A stretch of DNA of 64,000 nt, taken from the NCBI GenBank assembly GCA_035084275.1, contig CM068749.1, positions 5,146,001 to 5,210,000 of the forward strand. The letters are read 5' to 3'. This document shows positions 59,602-64,000 of the stretch, one piece after another; position 1 is the stretch's first letter, and each line of letters starts with the position of its first letter. The notes under the pieces are model-generated. The model had not been told where the DNA came from. It ran no database searches and was given only the letters and a program-made list of their open reading frames with translations. The translations under genes and the position numbers were made by a program. The stretch comes from Hydrolagus colliei (Eukaryota).

Positions 59602-60764
59602 CTTCATCACCAAAAGTCAAAAGAAATATTGCCATCAGCAAGTTTAGTTCATTGTTGATTACTCACTGAGTAAAGAAATAACCTTGCATGAGTCTTAAAC
59701 TTGTCCTTTCCATCCCTGAGCCTGCGACTGCCCTACATTGTCTTGTTTTTTGGACATCCACCCGACGTGAAAGGCGCTCTACAAATGTAATTTTATTGTT
59801 GTTGTCTTGGATTAAATGACAGTAATATTCTGAATTTATTTATTCCATCTCATTTCAAATCCATTACATATAATTTAACATGTTTCGTTTTTATTTATAT
59901 ATTTAAAAATAAAAGGACTCTAAAACTCAGAGCGCTGATCAGATGAGAACAGACTTGAAATGGCTAGGTCTGAGAGGGCTGAATCCATACTGCTTAATGA
60001 TAATGGGCTTACAAAGCTTCAATGGTTCAGCTACTTGAACCCTGGCCTCTCACTGATATCCATCCCACTACCCTTTCTGTGTTCGGAATCCATCTGAAGA
60101 CCTCTCTGGTTGCATCGTCACCCCAACCCCACTTCCCACCAGTCAACTGGAATTCCCACCTCGTCTGCTTAAAGCTCTTTAAGACATTCATCTTGTGTGA
60201 AAGGTGCTGTATAATGTACAAATTACTATTGACTACAGCTCCTTGGTTGGATGATCATTTATACGGATGTTAATTCCATTCCCAGCCCCATCAGTTTTAG
60301 GAGTGTGTGGAGTTGGGTGAGGATGGGGGTAATAGGCTTGCGGAGCTCTGTGCAATCACTGTTTAAATCTGTTTCTTTTAAATAATGATTTTCTAACAGT
60401 GATGGCAACTGATGGACAAGTAAGGGATGTAATGTAGTGAATAATGTGTAATGGTAGCAAACAGGACAGAGATGACAATGGCAGCAAGGCCAGGGATTTG
60501 CCTGATGGCACAGTGGGTAGTCATCATATGGTGTTTAACTGAGCTACACAGTCCAAGAGAGTTCTGATTCCACCCTTGACCAGTACTGAGCTAAGACAAG
60601 GTTGTGGAAAGGAAATAAACCATTAGGGTTTCCACACCTGAACTCAGACTGTGCTGACAGTGGTTCACGGACCCTGCAGTCTCTGTGCATGTGTATGGCA
60701 GCCCTGGCAACTGCATTGGGGAGCTGAGGTGTAAAAATTAAGAGCAAGAAAGTGATCTTCAGAC

Positions 60765-60964
60765 CTTTTGATCCTGGGCTTCTTTCACTGGACTCTTTCT
60801 TTACAGCTTTTTGCCTGAGGAGCTCCTTGTCCCAGGCAGCCAGCGCCTGCTTTTCCATCCTGCGGATCTCAGTTTCCTCCGCATCCAGACGGTGTTTCCA
60901 CTCCAACAGCTCCTCAGCATGGCGGCGCCGGTGCATAAGCTTCTGCTCCCGCTTAGTGAGGAAC
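60765..60964 (-). CDS. CEP350: CEP350 exon (FLTKREQKLMHRRRHAEELLEWK...)
   Basis: Near-identical to recalled CEP350; phase 2-1; the gene continues beyond the window end. Confidence 0.96.
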
Positions 60965-63239
60965 CTAGTCAAAGACGATACAACTTTAACATTCATACAA
61001 AATGTACACACATGAAGATTCAAGGCTACAATTTCAATAACTCGGACAAATCATTCTTCACTTGGATCTTCAGGTGCCAAATGTTACTGTTTTTCTATTA
61101 ATTCATGTGACTGGAGAGTGCAGAGTTGTATCTGCCTCTAACAGCACCCGCAGTTTTACGTGGCCAGACTGCACGTTCAATAAACAAAGTGGTTAATCAA
61201 TGTATTTGACAGGATTCTCACCGAACGAGCCATTGTGTATCGTGGCAGCTTCAATCTCCACTCCAATTGAGTAACTAAGTATTTGAAATGTTTCGGAATA
61301 GCTCAATGCAAAGGTCTTTACAATGCCTTTGAACTTAGACTGAGTTTGTAAAATGCAATTCAACTAAAGGTTAAAGGACCTGAACATTTAATTTGAATCA
61401 AAAGAATGTTACAGCACAAAAACAGGACATTTGGCCCATCAAGTCTGTGCTGTTTTTCTCTAAACAAGCCAACATCAAGCCACTCTCTCACCTGCTCCCC
61501 ATACCCTATAATATTTCTCCTCTTCATGATTCTAATTCCTCATAAAAGTAGCTGGAATAGCTGTACATCATCTCATAAAGATGCTGTTCATATTTTCCAG
61601 ATACCCAAAAGATTTCAATGTGTACAGTATATCACATTCATCTATGTCTACGTTTGGTTCACTTCAGCTTTGAGGATTAAGCAACTCTGAATTGTTCAAT
61701 GGTTACTATCCATCACTAGAAAGCTCTTGCTTTTGGAGATCTAGGAAAACAATCAGGCAGGTGAATTAGATGGGAAGGTATGTTGCCGGGAATGTGCACA
61801 CTGGACATGAGAAGGCTCAGGGGGCAGAAACTCCCTGGTTCAGAATTTTGAGGGAGCGGGGGATAGAGATAAACTGGAACATAATAGGTTTGACACACCA
61901 CAGTTACTACAATGAAGAAATACAGATTGCAAGCTCATCAGAGAGAAGGTGAACAGCTTAGATTCATGTAATACATACAGAGGGTGTTGGTGATGATGTG
62001 GAACAGGCTGTTAGAAAGATAATGTTAAAGAGTCCTGCGAAAGAGGAGGTTGAAAGCTAAGAGATGCATCTATATCCCAAACCTATTGTAGTATTGGTGA
62101 AATTACAGGTGAATTTACAAGATCACCAGGAATGAGTGGATATGGCTAATATAAAGAATGGACATGTTGGTAGGTGAGATGATTGAGTTGAGATGATTGA
62201 GTGGGGCCCTGCTTGAGGGGTTTAAGATTATGCAGAAGTATTTGATCAGGTGGATGTTAGTAGGCCGTTCCTACTTGCGTGCTGAAAATGTAGGCCTCAC
62301 TGCCGGAAACTGTGGTTGAAGCAATAGACATCAAAGTATTTAAGAGAAACAATGCATATGTGAAGGAGTGCGGAATAGGAGAAGCAGGATGCTTGTGTGG
62401 GCATAGGCATCAGCATGGACCACTTTGCCCAAATGGCATGTATCAGTGCCCTATCATTCTGTGTAATCTACGAAAATGATAGTGCACCTTAAGGTACTTC
62501 AGCCTTGGTATGAGTTAGGTGCTGTGCTGTAATTCACCGTAAAAGCATATTTGGTGCTCTTTAATCATTTGCAGTTAAATCTAAGGAAATATTAGAAGTG
62601 CTGGCTTAATGCAATACCCTGATTTGGAGTTTACCTAAATTTGCAGTAAATTAAAAATAACTTACATTGAGTAGTTGAACAAAGTTAACCAGCCTCCCTT
62701 ACTCAGAAAACAAAAGTATAAAAACTACATCCTACATTTACACAGTGCTTTTCACAGAAAGTGATAAAGCACACAATAAGAGATTCAATGACCTGCTGTA
62801 AAATTGTATATCTTATACTTCTGGTTGTACTAATAACAGCGATTTAGTTAACAGCTTCACCACTTCCAAATCAATAGCGTTTTACTTTCTACTACCCTGC
62901 AAGTCATTTGCAATAAATATTCTCGCAAGATATTTGGCAGCCTTTGTATTATGTCCATCACAACTTGCCATTTTGGCAGGTTTTCAGGTTGAAGGCAGTG
63001 ACAGCTGAAAATACTGCCATCATTGTGATGTACAGCAATCCATTTAGGCAGGTTCTAAACCACCTCTCCAAGTTTACAGTTTTTAACCACAAGCCCTGCA
63101 GACACACTCAGTGCTCCGTGCTTGTGTTTTTTTGTTCAACAATACACTCCATCAAATCTCATGGAAATGTTGTTTCACACACTGGAAACTTGCCCCTTCT
63201 CATGGCCACACATTCAGTTTAACTCAGTGAGAATCAGTG

Positions 63240-63760
63240 TATTTACAATATCAAATTACATTTTCATACCATTGTTCACAATGGGAGGATCTCCCAAGGT
63301 GCTGGACAGTCGAGAATTTGTACCCATGCTGGGAGCTGGCAACAGGAGGCGTAGAGGGCAGGGGCTGATCGGGGTAAGAGGGTGACCGAAGGCGTGGTCG
63401 ACGAGGAAGGGCCTTGAGGGAGGCAAAGAAGGGGGCGAGGTGAAGGAATTGTGGGATTGAGTTCCAAAAGGTGGAGCAGAGAGGCCGAAGGCCTGCCAGC
63501 CGATGGTTGGGCAGGCAGGGCAGGGGACATGGAGCAGGCCAGATCTCACTGAATTGAAAGAGCTGACAGCCCGTATAGGATTTAGCAAGTCACAGAGGTA
63601 GGGTGAAACTAGGCCATCAAAGGCCTAGTTTGAAGGTGAGGATGAAGGTTTTGGAATTCTATCGTCTGAGGGATGGGGATCTGGTGGAGCTGGGCGTGAT
63701 GGAGGTGATGATTTCACTGAGATTGGTGTGAGAAAGGACATGAGCTACAGAGTTCTAATG
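63240..63760 (-). mobile_element. Degenerate L2 3' fragment
   Basis: L2 tail and CPTIGWQAF..SAP motif. Confidence 0.7.
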
Positions 63761-64000
63761 AATAAGAATGCAGCACAGAATGTCGCCATTTAGCTCATCA
63801 AGTTTGTATCCACAGAAAGGTAAACAGTGCAGATGTACAATGGTCTCCCCTGTCAGCAGCTCATACAAGAACACAACAAAGCAATACATGTAACCTCAGA
63901 CACAAGCCACCAATACTCATGTGTACTGTTTAAATATTGGCTTCAAAATCACACCTCACAAATTACAATGCATGAAACCACTAATTTTAAACACTATCTA

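Noticed and set aside
61221-61275. Possible next upstream CEP350 exon
   Set aside because: The frame needed for a phase-2 junction contains a stop and does not match the expected KMRSRMDEK

Overview
Intron-rich, repeat-dense vertebrate DNA. The gene set and SINE/LINE content suggest a cartilaginous fish, possibly a chimaera (inference). Three genes can be assembled by hand from splice signals. (1) On + at 0.3-4.2 kb is the 3' part of an immunoglobulin light-chain cluster: two J segments, each with a 23-bp-spacer RSS, and one C exon. V lies upstream of the window. The 12/23 polarity fits kappa/sigma-type rather than lambda. (2) On - at about 8.6-41.5 kb is an RGSL1-like gene of about 27 phase-compatible exons (about 1360 aa), with several exons absent from human RGSL1 as I recall it. 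(3) On - at 49.3-61 kb are the last 11 coding exons of CEP350, including the CAP-Gly exon. Intergenic and intronic DNA holds tRNA-head and Deu-type SINEs, L2 and CR1 LINE fragments, a solo LTR with 5-bp TSD, a hAT MITE with 8-bp TSD, a pogo-like MITE, a Penelope remnant, mini/microsatellites, a perfect 154-bp palindrome and one N gap. Most ORFs in the supplied track are antisense or repeat artefacts. Homology calls rest on recalled protein sequences, not database searches.
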